Shown: positions 20,941-30,298, counted from the first letter of the stretch. The stretch is DNA of 64,000 nucleotides from Leptospiraceae bacterium (GCA_040217195.1 JAVJNR010000003.1:32001-96000), one strand, 5' to 3'. Translations and numbers: made by a program. The notes: generated by a model not told the origin, from the letters alone.

Positions 20941-20963
20941 AACTATAAGAAAGGAATAGATTT

Positions 20964-22532
20964 ATGCAGAATAAAGAACGCTGGGGATCCAGAATTGGAG
21001 TCATACTTGCCGTAATGGGTAGCGCCATCGGCCTGGGAAACTTTCTGCGATTTCCTGGTCTGGCCGCCAAGTACGAAGGGGGAGCATTCATGATCCCCTA
21101 CTTCATCGCCCTGTTATTGCTGGGATTACCCATCGCCTGGTTGGAATGGTCCATGGGTCGATATGGCGGTGACCGAGGCTATCATTCAAGTCCTGGTATT
21201 TTTCGTGCCCTCTGGAAATGGAAAGGCTCTCCTTATTTTGGTTTTCTGGGCCTGCTTGTGCCGGTGGGTATTTACATGTATTACGTTTTTATCGAAGCGC
21301 TATGCCTGTACTATGCGTATCTCTATCTGGTAGGCGGTCTTCCTGAATTCAATGCGTTGAGTGGAGGGACTCCTTTTAAGGATTTGTTCGCCGCAGCCAC
21401 CGGATCGGGCGCGGATGGAAGTCTTTTTACAGGTACGCATCCCATACTGCTCTTTGTTCTGATTTGCTTCGCTCTGAATACCGGTATCATCTATAGAGGA
21501 CTTTCCAAAGGTATTGAGATTGTAACCCGAGTAGCCATACCGGTGCTCTTTCTATGTGCGATTCTGGTTCTGATTCGAGTGCTTTCCCTGGGCACTCCTG
21601 ATCCAGTCAACTTTCCGGACCGAAATGTGCTGGAAGGCCTGGGGTATATGTGGAACCCGGAGCCCAGGAACAAGACCTTCATGGAATCACTGCTCAATGC
21701 AGAAATGTGGATGGAAGCTGCGGGTCAGGTATTCTTCTCCCTTTCCGTTGGATTCGGTGTAATAATTACATATTCTAGCTATGTACGTCGCAACGAAGAT
21801 GTGGTATTATCGGGCACCACTTCTGCCTCTGGAAATATCTTCGCCGAGGTAGCACTGGGTGGACTGATTACCATTCCAGCAGCCTTTATCTTCCTTGGGC
21901 CTGCCGGAATCAGTGATTCCACTTTCGCTCTGGGCTTTGAGACTCTGCCACAGGTATTCCAGGCAATGCCCGTGGGTAACTTCTTTGGTTTTCTCTGGTT
22001 CTTTCTATTATTTCTGGCAGCCATTACCAGTTCGCTTTCCATGTTGCAGCCAGCCATTGCATTCTTCGAAGAGGGTCTGGGACTGGAAAGAAAGACATCG
22101 GTAACCTTTCTTGGATTAATCACTTTGATAGGTACGGGATTCGTGGCCTTCTTCAGTATGGGCAATAAAGGCCTGGGCTATATGGATTTCTGGGTGGGCA
22201 CCTTTGCCATCTATCTTCTGGCTATGTTGCAGGTAGTGGTTGGAGGTTGGTTTTTTGGTGCAGAAAAAGCCATTGATGAAGCCAACCGTGGATCCTACAT
22301 GAAGTTACCTAAATGGATGGGGTTCATCTGGAAATACGTTTCCCCGGCTTTTCTGATTGGAATTTTTGTTCTGTGGATACAGCAGGAGTTGCCCAAAAAG
22401 ATGGAGGCAATGGGCAAGGATTTAACAATGCAGCTCACCGTAACCTTCCTGATCGTGCTTTCCATTTTCTTCTTAATTTTGATTTCAGCAGCGGTGCGGC
22501 GATGGCGCCGGCAGGAAAAGGAGGATCTATGA
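20964..22532 (+). CDS. Sodium-dependent transporter, NSS (SNF/LeuT-like) family
   Basis: Motifs ERWGSR, GSAIGLGNFLRFP, GGAFMIPY, AAGQVFFSLS and AAITSS. RBS AAAGGA. Confidence 0.95.
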   Translation: MQNKERWGSRIGVILAVMGSAIGLGNFLRFPGLAAKYEGGAFMIPYFIALLLLGLPIAWLEWSMGRYGGDRGYHSSPGIFRALWKWKGSPYFGFLGLLVPVGIYMYYVFIEALCLYYAYLYLVGGLPEFNALSGGTPFKDLFAAATGSGADGSLFTGTHPILLFVLICFALNTGIIYRGLSKGIEIVTRVAIPVLFLCAILVLIRVLSLGTPDPVNFPDRNVLEGLGYMWNPEPRNKTFMESLLNAEMWMEAAGQVFFSLSVGFGVIITYSSYVRRNEDVVLSGTTSASGNIFAEVALGGLITIPAAFIFLGPAGISDSTFALGFETLPQVFQAMPVGNFFGFLWFFLLFLAAITSSLSMLQPAIAFFEEGLGLERKTSVTFLGLITLIGTGFVAFFSMGNKGLGYMDFWVGTFAIYLLAMLQVVVGGWFFGAEKAIDEANRGSYMKLPKWMGFIWKYVSPAFLIGIFVLWIQQELPKKMEAMGKDLTMQLTVTFLIVLSIFFLILISAAVRRWRRQEKEDL

Positions 22533-22687
22533 CAATCGGCGGATGGATAGTAATGTCCCTATCAGTGGGATTTGTTACAGCATTATTTGGAACGACTCTG
22601 TTTATGATTCTGCGTAAAAAACCGGACCCCACAGAGCATATGCATTCCACAATGGACGAGACACCTGATATGAATCGAGATGAATGA
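22529..22687 (+). CDS. Small single-TM protein, probable NSS transporter small subunit (MetS-like)
   Basis: 52 aa, MTIGGWIVMSLSVGFVTALFG... Strong RBS AAGGAGG and ATGA overlap with the transporter stop. Confidence 0.75.
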   Translation: MTIGGWIVMSLSVGFVTALFGTTLFMILRKKPDPTEHMHSTMDETPDMNRDE

Positions 22688-23480
22688 CCATATGAGTGAT
22701 TCAATTTCCCTGGAAAAAATCGATAATGGCCAGATAGCCATTCTATATTTAAATAATCCAGAGTCCAAAAACTCAATGACCCTGGAAATGGGACTGAGTT
22801 TTCATCGAGAACTCCATAACCTGGCGGCAGCTGATCCGCAGCCCCGTGCACTGATTATTACAGGAAAGAATGGCCTATTCTCCAGCGGGGGTGACCTGGG
22901 CCTTTTGCGCTCTTTCATGGAAAAAACCCGTAAAGACAATGAAGAATTCATGGAATCCTTTTACCGGTTATTTCTGGAAGTGCGTAACATGCCATTTCCA
23001 GTTCTTGCTGCAGTGAATGGCCATGCGATCGGGGCCAGTCTTGCCCTGGCTCTGGCCTGCGACCTGCGATACTTCGTTCCAGACGGAAAATATGCCTTTA
23101 ATTTTGTAAGGATTGGCATTCATCCAGGTATGGGGTCTAGCTTTCTGGCTCGTTCAGTGGCCGGGCTGCACCAGGCTCAAGAATTGCTGCTCACAGGTCG
23201 CCAGATCTCCGGCGAAGAGGCCATGCAAAGGGGACTGTGTCATAATATATATCCAAAAGATTCCGTTTTAGATAAGACAATTGAAGTGGCCCGGGAGATC
23301 GCAAGCGCGGCGCCGCAGGCGGTTCGCGCTCTGAAATCAGGACTGTACAGAGATTCCAACCTGGAGAAAACACTGAAATACGAAGCGGCCAGTCAGGCGG
23401 AAAACTATCTCACGGCTGATTTCAAGGAAGCCATGGATTCAATTCAGGAAAAGAGAAGTCCAGAATACAAAGACAAATAG
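22680..23480 (+). CDS. Enoyl-CoA hydratase/isomerase family protein
   Basis: Motifs FSSGGDL, AAVNGHAIG, ACDLR, GIHPGMG and ELLLTG. Confidence 0.92.
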   Translation: MNDHMSDSISLEKIDNGQIAILYLNNPESKNSMTLEMGLSFHRELHNLAAADPQPRALIITGKNGLFSSGGDLGLLRSFMEKTRKDNEEFMESFYRLFLEVRNMPFPVLAAVNGHAIGASLALALACDLRYFVPDGKYAFNFVRIGIHPGMGSSFLARSVAGLHQAQELLLTGRQISGEEAMQRGLCHNIYPKDSVLDKTIEVAREIASAAPQAVRALKSGLYRDSNLEKTLKYEAASQAENYLTADFKEAMDSIQEKRSPEYKDK

Positions 23481-23564
23481 TAGGCCAGCCGCCCGGGGCC
23501 CGAACTCCCGCTGACTTGAAATTTGTCCGGGCGCCCTAACCCGGGCAAAAATCGGAAGAGCTCA

Positions 23565-24422
23565 ATGAAAAAACTCTCAGCTGCCATCATTACGTTCAAC
23601 GAAGAGAGCAATATTCGACATTGTATCGAATCCTGTCTGCCAGTGGCGGATGAAATTCTTATTCTGGATTCGCATAGCACCGACAAGACGGAATCCATTG
23701 CTCGAAGCTATGACAGAGTACGTTTCGAAACCCGGGATTTTGATGGTCACATAGAGCAAAAAAACGCAGCTATTGATCGCTGCAGCCATGAATGGATCCT
23801 TTCGCTGGATGCAGATGAAAGGGTTTCTCCGGAACTGCAGTCCAGTCTGAAAGCCTTTAAAGCGGAATCAGATGAGCATAGAAATGGATTTCGCCTGGCT
23901 CGATTGACCTTCCATATGGGTCGATTTATACGGCATTCTGGCTGGTATCCTCAAAGACGATACCGGCTATTTCGCAAAGGTAAGGCCCAGTGGGCTGGAG
24001 AGAATCCCCATGATTTTGTGGAAATCCAGGGCCAGGGCGGAGTTTTAAAAGGCGATATCATCCATTACAGCTTCAAAGACCTGTCCCACCAGGTAGATAC
24101 CGTAAATAAGTTTAGTTCCATTGTAGCCTTTACCAGGTTTCGCAAGGGCCGCCGGTTTCGTTGGCTACCGGTGCTCTACAAACCCTGGGGCAAATTCTGG
24201 GAAGTCTACTTATTTAAAAGGGGTTTCCTGGACGGATTTCCGGGCTTTGCCATTGCCGTGGCATCGGCTTTTTCTACCTTTCTTAAATTTGCGAAAATCT
24301 ACGAACTGGACCGTAAATTCATTGCTCGACCCTCCAATGTTCGTCTATCTTATGGAGAGAAAGAAACTCCGGAGAAGCCTGTGCATTTCCCTCAGAACTT
24401 TTCCGGAGGTGGTGAAGAATGA
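23565..24422 (+). CDS. Glycosyltransferase family 2 (LPS beta-1,4-glucosyltransferase-like)
   Basis: Motifs IITFNEE, DSHSTDKT, QKNAA, LDADE, SGWYP and GFLDG. Confidence 0.9.
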   Translation: MKKLSAAIITFNEESNIRHCIESCLPVADEILILDSHSTDKTESIARSYDRVRFETRDFDGHIEQKNAAIDRCSHEWILSLDADERVSPELQSSLKAFKAESDEHRNGFRLARLTFHMGRFIRHSGWYPQRRYRLFRKGKAQWAGENPHDFVEIQGQGGVLKGDIIHYSFKDLSHQVDTVNKFSSIVAFTRFRKGRRFRWLPVLYKPWGKFWEVYLFKRGFLDGFPGFAIAVASAFSTFLKFAKIYELDRKFIARPSNVRLSYGEKETPEKPVHFPQNFSGGGEE

Positions 24423-25420
24423 AGAAGGTAAAAGATATCCGTTACTGGGCCGGAGCCCTGATCTTTGTAGGACTGGGCCTTGTACTATATATGCAGTTTT
24501 TGAGCCCCGCCCGGCCTGCTGGCGATGGCAAGCATGAGCTGGTTTATGATCTCAAGCATGGCTCCGGGGCTTACAGTGTAGCCCGAGACTTGAGCGAAGC
24601 AGGAATCGTACGTTCCCCGGATTATTTTAAGCTATATATGCGTATCACCGGATTGCAGGATGAGCTAAAAGCCGGATCCTATGAACTGAATGATGGAATG
24701 TCCACCCATGAAGTGGCCAGTGTTCTCACCGAAGGGCGGGTCCGCATGGTACAATTCACCATTCCCGAGGGCTGGCATAACCGACAGATTGCAGAGCTGA
24801 TGGTGAAACGTGGCTTTGCCCAGAGCGAGGATGAATTTCTGGATCTGACCCGTGATCCAGAGATACTCAAAAAATACAAAATCCCTGCAAAAACTACAGA
24901 GGGTTATCTGTTTCCGGAAACCTATACAATCAGCCACGGTTATCCACTGGAAAAGATTCATGAAGCGATGATTCAAAGATTTTTCGCTCAGCTGGAGAAA
25001 GCCGATCCGCCAGAAAACCTATCTGCCAAAGATCTACATAAGAAACTGATACTTGCATCGATTATCGAACGAGAGGCCGCCAGAAAGGATGAACTTCCTC
25101 ATATGTCCCGGGTATTTCTCAATCGCATAGATAAAGGTATGCGACTGGAGTCTTGCGCCACCATTCAATATCTGCTGCCAGAACCCAGAGAAAAGTTATA
25201 CGAAAAGGATCTGCAGATAAAAAGCCCGTACAATACCTACGAGAATTCTGGAATGCCGCCCGGTCCAATATCCAATCCTGGCCTTGAAGCTTTGAAGGCT
25301 TCCTTTCATCCAGAAAAGGGAGATTTCCTTTTCTTTGTGCTCAAACCGGATGGCTCCCACCATTTTTCGAAAACCTTTCAGGAGCATGTGAAAGCAAAAC
25401 GAAAGTATCTGGGCTCCTGA
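24419..25420 (+). CDS. mltG: Endolytic transglycosylase MltG
   Basis: N-terminal TM. Motifs TIPEG, EGYLFPETY, LASIIERE, SPYNTY, GMPPGPISNPG and HHFSKT. Confidence 0.95.
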   Translation: MKKVKDIRYWAGALIFVGLGLVLYMQFLSPARPAGDGKHELVYDLKHGSGAYSVARDLSEAGIVRSPDYFKLYMRITGLQDELKAGSYELNDGMSTHEVASVLTEGRVRMVQFTIPEGWHNRQIAELMVKRGFAQSEDEFLDLTRDPEILKKYKIPAKTTEGYLFPETYTISHGYPLEKIHEAMIQRFFAQLEKADPPENLSAKDLHKKLILASIIEREAARKDELPHMSRVFLNRIDKGMRLESCATIQYLLPEPREKLYEKDLQIKSPYNTYENSGMPPGPISNPGLEALKASFHPEKGDFLFFVLKPDGSHHFSKTFQEHVKAKRKYLGS

Positions 25421-25562
25421 CAGAAACCGGTTAGCAGATGCAAGCTCCAGAATACCGGACCACTTTCTATATTCTGGATTTTTGCTCGAAAATGATATCT
25501 CCGGGAATCCACTGGAACGGTCAGGGAAATTCTTGCCTTAGAATCCAGATTCATCAGAGTGA

Positions 25563-26240
25563 GTGTACTTAACTTCCTTTGAGAAAGAGACACCCTTGGC
25601 AGACAAACAGAATCAGAAAAATCAAGCTCAGTCCGGGGACCTGAAGCGTATCCTGGACCAGCTGAAACAGCTTGAAGATGAAAATGGAAAGCTTCAGAAG
25701 GATTTGCAGGCTCGCCGGAAAGAAAGGGCTCGTCTGATCCAGGATCTCCGCAACCAGCACAAGCGGGCCGGCGAACGAGTAAAACTGCTGGACGCTCGTC
25801 TTCAGGCAGGCACCGAAAAGCTAAAGCAATTGCAGGGCCTGGTCGCTCGTCTGCGAGAATTGCAGCAGCAAAAGGAAGCCTTGATAGAGAAACTGGCCAT
25901 ACGACTTCAGATGGGGGTGGCCGATCCGACCAATGCAAAAACTCCGCCAGCGAAATCAGCTCCTTCTAGCAAGAAGTCCGCCCCAGCCGCGAATCAAGGT
26001 AGTTCTTCGGCCAAATCCGGTACCGGCAAAAAACCATCCAGTCCAACCAGTCCCGTTTCCACCGGCCAGAAGGAGAACACTGCCTCTCCTTCCTCCGCCG
26101 CAGGCACCGAAAATCCGGCTGCTTCTTCCGACCTGGGAGACTTGAAGCAACAGCTTGGTTCTCTGCTGAACGACGTGAAAAACATGAAGCGTACGCGAGT
26201 AAAACTGGAAAAGGAGATTGACCGCCTCAAAGGCGACTGA
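25563..26240 (+). CDS. Hypothetical coiled-coil protein with a Ser/Pro/Ala-rich linker
   Basis: Heptad-rich N- and C-terminal segments. Ends 17 bp before rplM. The true start may be TTG at 25596. Confidence 0.7.
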   Translation: MYLTSFEKETPLADKQNQKNQAQSGDLKRILDQLKQLEDENGKLQKDLQARRKERARLIQDLRNQHKRAGERVKLLDARLQAGTEKLKQLQGLVARLRELQQQKEALIEKLAIRLQMGVADPTNAKTPPAKSAPSSKKSAPAANQGSSSAKSGTGKKPSSPTSPVSTGQKENTASPSSAAGTENPAASSDLGDLKQQLGSLLNDVKNMKRTRVKLEKEIDRLKGD

Positions 26241-26257
26241 ATCCTGTCCAGATCAGT

Positions 26258-26719
26258 ATGAGCCATCTATTGCCTACACAGAGAACCCCGCTAATTGCGG
26301 AGAAGAACATCGAAAAAAAATGGATTCTGGTGGATGCAGATGGGCAGAACCTGGGCCGCCTGGCAGCTCAGATTGCCTACAGACTGCGTGGTAAACACCG
26401 TGTGGATTTCTCCACGCATCAGGATCTGGGAGATTTCGTTGTTGTTGTAAATGCAGAGAAGATTCAGGTAACCGGTAAGAAACTGGACCAGAAAATCTAC
26501 CACAAGCACTCCGGATACACTGGCGGCTTAACATCCATGACTCTGCGCGAAAAACTGGAAAAAAACCCTGTGTCCGCAATGGAACTGGCTGTGAGACGTA
26601 TGCTGCCCAAAGGCTCTCTGGGTAGAAAAATGTTTCGCAATCTGAAGGTTTATGCAGGGACAGATCATCCCCATCAATCCCAGAAACCAGAAAGCTGGAC
26701 ACCAGCGCATCGAACGTAA
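26258..26719 (+). CDS. rplM: 50S ribosomal protein L13
   Basis: Motifs WILVDA, LGRLA, LRGKH, GDFVVVVNAEKI, HSGYTGG and MLPK. Confidence 0.98.
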   Translation: MSHLLPTQRTPLIAEKNIEKKWILVDADGQNLGRLAAQIAYRLRGKHRVDFSTHQDLGDFVVVVNAEKIQVTGKKLDQKIYHKHSGYTGGLTSMTLREKLEKNPVSAMELAVRRMLPKGSLGRKMFRNLKVYAGTDHPHQSQKPESWTPAHRT

Positions 26720-26744
26720 GAATTAAATTTTAGAATAAGAGACT

Positions 26745-27137
26745 ATGGCAAGTACACAACCTACATACCTGGGCAGAAGAAAAACCTCCGTTGCGCGACT
26801 GCGAATGAGTAGCGGCGAAGGTCAGATTATCGTTAATGGTAAGCCCATTGAGCAATACTTCACTGTTCCCAGAATGATGCAGCATGCCACAGAAGGCCTG
26901 AAACTGGCTGGAAAAGAAGGCTCCCTGGATCTGAAAATCAATGTCAGAGGCGGAGGCATTAGCTCTCAATCAGGAGCTGTTCGACTGGCTCTGGCCAGGG
27001 CTCTTCAAACCGAGAATCCCCAGGTAAGGGAACCTCTGAAGAAAGCGGGGTTGCTGACCAGAGATCCTCGCATGGTGGAACGTAAAAAGTACGGACTGAG
27101 AAAAGCCCGAAGAGGAACTCAGTTCTCCAAACGTTGA
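26745..27137 (+). CDS. rpsI: 30S ribosomal protein S9
   Basis: Motifs GRRKTSVAR, VRGGG, LTRDPRMVERKKYG and QFSKR. Confidence 0.98.
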   Translation: MASTQPTYLGRRKTSVARLRMSSGEGQIIVNGKPIEQYFTVPRMMQHATEGLKLAGKEGSLDLKINVRGGGISSQSGAVRLALARALQTENPQVREPLKKAGLLTRDPRMVERKKYGLRKARRGTQFSKR

Positions 27138-27163
27138 TCTCAGATATGCAGGAGATCACTTTC

Positions 27164-27191
27164 AAAAGCCGCAGAAATCTGCGGCTTTTTT
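27164..27191 (+). terminator. Intrinsic terminator of rplM-rpsI
   Basis: AAAAGCCGCAGA-aa-TCTGCGGCTTTT inverted repeat running into a T-tract. Confidence 0.9.
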
Positions 27192-27204
27192 CATGCCTGC
27201 ACCA

Positions 27205-27219
27205 TGAGACTGATTCTCA
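27205..27219. promoter_or_regulatory. Fur-family-like operator upstream of the feo operon
   Basis: TGAGACT-G-ATTCTCA, a 7-1-7 inverted repeat with 6 of 7 positions symmetric, about 145 bp upstream of the first feo gene. Confidence 0.55.
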
Positions 27220-27362
27220 AAAAAATTTTGACGAACCAGGTCCTGTCCTCTTTCTTGAAAGCATACTGCAATGGAACACTCCAACTGTCAGTCTCCGTTT
27301 TCTGATCATTCGGAAATGGCTGAGAAAGAGGTGAAATCCAGTTTAGAAGCAATGAGGTAATC

Positions 27363-27512
27363 ATGACAATCTGGGAAATGGCAATCATAACTCTGGTAGT
27401 GTCCTCGGCGGGCACCTATCTAATTTTTCGAGCAATCAATCTCTTTCGTCTGGCTCGAAAGCCAGCCAGGAATTGTTCCTCTTCCTGCGGATGCAGCAAT
27501 GACTCTCGCTGA
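27363..27512 (+). CDS. FeoB-associated Cys-rich membrane protein (not in the ORF track)
   Basis: 49 aa: MTIWEMAIITLVVSSAGTYLIFRAINLFRLARKPARNCSSSCGCSNDSR. RBS GAGGT, one TM and CxxxCGC. Overlaps the feoA start. Confidence 0.78.
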   Translation: MTIWEMAIITLVVSSAGTYLIFRAINLFRLARKPARNCSSSCGCSNDSR

Positions 27513-27720
27513 TCTGAATCCGGGTCAAACCGGTATCATCCATTCTCTGGACGATTCAGATCCCTTTCTATTTCGACTTGCTGAGCTGGGATTTGTTCCC
27601 GGGGAAACAGTCCAGGTATTGAAAAGGGCCCCTCTGGGCGATCCGCTGGAAGTTAGAGTTATGGATTCCTCCATGTGTATTCGCATGGAGCAAGCGCGTC
27701 GTATTCAAATGAACAGCTAA
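27499..27720 (+). CDS. feoA: Ferrous iron transport protein A
   Basis: RLAELGFVPG and APLGDPL; directly upstream of feoB. Confidence 0.93.
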   Translation: MTLADLNPGQTGIIHSLDDSDPFLFRLAELGFVPGETVQVLKRAPLGDPLEVRVMDSSMCIRMEQARRIQMNS

Positions 27721-27738
27721 TCCAGAGCAGAAATATAG

Positions 27739-29988
27739 ATGTCAAAAACAACTACCGAGACCGTTCGAATAGCATTAGTAGGAAACCCGAATACAGGCAA
27801 GACAACTCTATTCAATGTTCTTTGCGGAGCCAGACAGAAGACGGGTAACTATCCCGGGGTAACAGTCGAGAAAAAGACCGGCCTGGTTCCACCTTCACAA
27901 TACAATGATCATAGTTTTTCCGTCATTGACCTGCCCGGGCTTTATAGCCTGAGACCTGCCTCTCCCGATGAACGGGTATCTGCCAGAGTACTTCTGGACC
28001 GTCTGGAGGGACTGGAACGGCCCGGCCACATTGTATTTGTGGCCGATGCCACCAATCTGCAGAGAAATCTATATCTGTTCAGTCAAATCCGCGAGCTGGG
28101 TGTGCCTGTGCTGGTTGCACTAACCATGACGGATCTGCTTGAGAAATCCGGCCAGAAACTGAATGTTGATTCTCTGGAAAAAGAACTGGGATGCCCGGTG
28201 GTTCCTGTGGTGGCCGGAGATTCGGATTCAGTTCAGAAATTTCGTAAAAGGCTGGATGATTTCGTAAAGGAATCCCCATTACCGGTTCAGCATTTAAAGT
28301 ATGAAGAACCTCTGGAATCAATTCTGGATAGCTTTCTGAGTCGTGCCAGACAACACCATGAATTGAGTCGGCAGGAAGCCATTCAGTTGCTATTCTTTCC
28401 CCGGGACGAGCGTCAATGGGAACCCAATGAAGCCGTTCTGGAGTTGTCCGAAGAAGCCTCGGAAGAGCTCAAAAAAGCAGATCAGCAAAGCCCATCCTTC
28501 CTAACTCGAAATCGATATTCCTGGTCTCGAAAAATATGCGATGCAACCATTGAACGGGTGGAAGCCGCGAAGCCCACTTTCCGGGATCGCATGGACCGAT
28601 TCCTTACCGGCCGTTTTACAGGATTTACATCCTTTCTGGTTATAATGGCACTGGTATTTCAATCCATCTATGCCTGGGCCGGACCTCTTATGGATGGAAT
28701 TGAGTGGATCTTTTCTGCACTGGGTGAATTGGCCGGATCCGGATTGGAAGGCTCCCCGGTGCTTCAGTCCTTACTTGTGGATGGCATTCTTGCAGGTGTT
28801 GGTTCTGTTCTGGTATTTCTGCCACAGATCATGATCCTATTCGCCTTTATTGCAGTTCTTGAGGACTCCGGCTACCTGGCACGAACCGCCTTTATGATGG
28901 ATCGATTGCTTGGATGGACCGGTCTAAATGGTCGTTCCTTTATTCCTCTGCTGTCCAGTTTTGCATGCGCCATTCCTGGAGTCATGTCTGCCAGAGTCAT
29001 CGGCGATGAAAGAGCCCGGAAGGCTACCATTCTGGTGGCTCCGCTTATGAGCTGCTCGGCCAGATTACCGGTTTATGTATTGTTTATAGGTGCATTCATA
29101 GAACCTACCTATGGTGCTCTGTGGGCCGGGGTAATGCTATTTGTAATGCATTTTCTGGGTCTTCTGGTTGCAATGCCCGTTGCATTTATTCTGAATCGAG
29201 GATTTCTAAAAACGCCTCCCTCCCCCTTTGTACTGGAAATGCCTCCCTATCGGCTTCCCATGATTAAAAACGTGGCCATTCGAGTCTACGAGGCCGCCAA
29301 GAAATTCACCGTAAGGGCCGGCACGGTGATTTTCGCATTGAGTATTGTGATATGGGCCTTAAGTTACTTTCCATCTAGCAACGAAAAGATGCAGAGCCTG
29401 GAACTGCAATTTGACCAGAAAATAGAAAATCTACAATCAGAGATAAATGCCGAATTGCCTGCCACAGAAATACACAACCCTGGATTGGATTCAGATTCCG
29501 ATGAAACCAGCCTTGAAGAAACAGAGGCTCTTTCGCCGGTGGAAGAAATGGAAGCAAAGAAAGAACGGGCTCTGGCCGGTGCCAGACTGGAGGGTTCCTA
29601 TCTGGGCCAGGCCGGCAAATGGATGCAGCCAGCTTTCGCTCCTCTAGGGTTTGACTGGAAACTGACTGTTGGTGTATTAAGTGCCTTTCCTGCCCGTGAA
29701 GTAATTGTATCTACCCTGGGTATCATCTATAATGCATCCGATGAAGAAGAAGGCCTGAAACTGAGTCTGAAGTCTGCAAAGGATGAACAGGGCAATACTA
29801 TGTACGGTCCTCTTCATGCGATCACCATGATGGTATTCTTTGCGCTGTGTGCTCAATGTATGAGTACTCTGGTAGTTGTTCAAAAAGAACTGGGCTCCTG
29901 GAAATATGCAGTGTACACTTTCATCTATATGACGGCACTGGCCTATGTAGCTGCATGGATCGTATTTCAGGTTGGTTCTCTATTATAG
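27739..29988 (+). CDS. feoB: Ferrous iron transport protein B
   Basis: Motifs GNPNTGKT, GNYPGVTVEKK, DLPGLYS, LEDSGY, MSCSARLPVY and EMPPYR. Confidence 0.97.
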   Translation: MSKTTTETVRIALVGNPNTGKTTLFNVLCGARQKTGNYPGVTVEKKTGLVPPSQYNDHSFSVIDLPGLYSLRPASPDERVSARVLLDRLEGLERPGHIVFVADATNLQRNLYLFSQIRELGVPVLVALTMTDLLEKSGQKLNVDSLEKELGCPVVPVVAGDSDSVQKFRKRLDDFVKESPLPVQHLKYEEPLESILDSFLSRARQHHELSRQEAIQLLFFPRDERQWEPNEAVLELSEEASEELKKADQQSPSFLTRNRYSWSRKICDATIERVEAAKPTFRDRMDRFLTGRFTGFTSFLVIMALVFQSIYAWAGPLMDGIEWIFSALGELAGSGLEGSPVLQSLLVDGILAGVGSVLVFLPQIMILFAFIAVLEDSGYLARTAFMMDRLLGWTGLNGRSFIPLLSSFACAIPGVMSARVIGDERARKATILVAPLMSCSARLPVYVLFIGAFIEPTYGALWAGVMLFVMHFLGLLVAMPVAFILNRGFLKTPPSPFVLEMPPYRLPMIKNVAIRVYEAAKKFTVRAGTVIFALSIVIWALSYFPSSNEKMQSLELQFDQKIENLQSEINAELPATEIHNPGLDSDSDETSLEETEALSPVEEMEAKKERALAGARLEGSYLGQAGKWMQPAFAPLGFDWKLTVGVLSAFPAREVIVSTLGIIYNASDEEEGLKLSLKSAKDEQGNTMYGPLHAITMMVFFALCAQCMSTLVVVQKELGSWKYAVYTFIYMTALAYVAAWIVFQVGSLL

Positions 29989-30298
29989 TACTGAAGCTTT
30001 GCGCATTCGTTTAGAAGGATCCATTCCATCGGTGCGAAATTCTTTCTACCGGAGGGGCAGTCTGGACGTGGGCCCTGATTCCACGAAGGTATAACGGCGC
30101 GTCCCTTCAGCCGGCAATCTCGATGCGAGTCTGATCCACAACCGAAAGTCTATCTAAAAACCGTTGTAGCCTGAAAGATAGTTCCCTTGAATTGCCAGGC
30201 AGAATTGCACATCCCATTCAGTTCCCGGTTATATTACTTACCTGAGGGTGAAAAGCAGCCAGGGCAATCCTTGCCAGTTCCGGGAGGCATCAAATCAG

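Noticed and set aside
20546..20945. Integron attC sites (GCCCAAC matches RYYYAAC just upstream)
   Set aside because: There is no matching GTTRRRY at the distal end, no cassette ORFs between the units and no integrase.
20398..21091. ORFs crossing the repeat array (e.g. 20522-20872 +, 20483-20842 -, 20602-20928 -)
   Set aside because: The 122-bp period shifts the frame in each unit and there are no recognisable domains. They are probably by-products of a GC-rich repeat.
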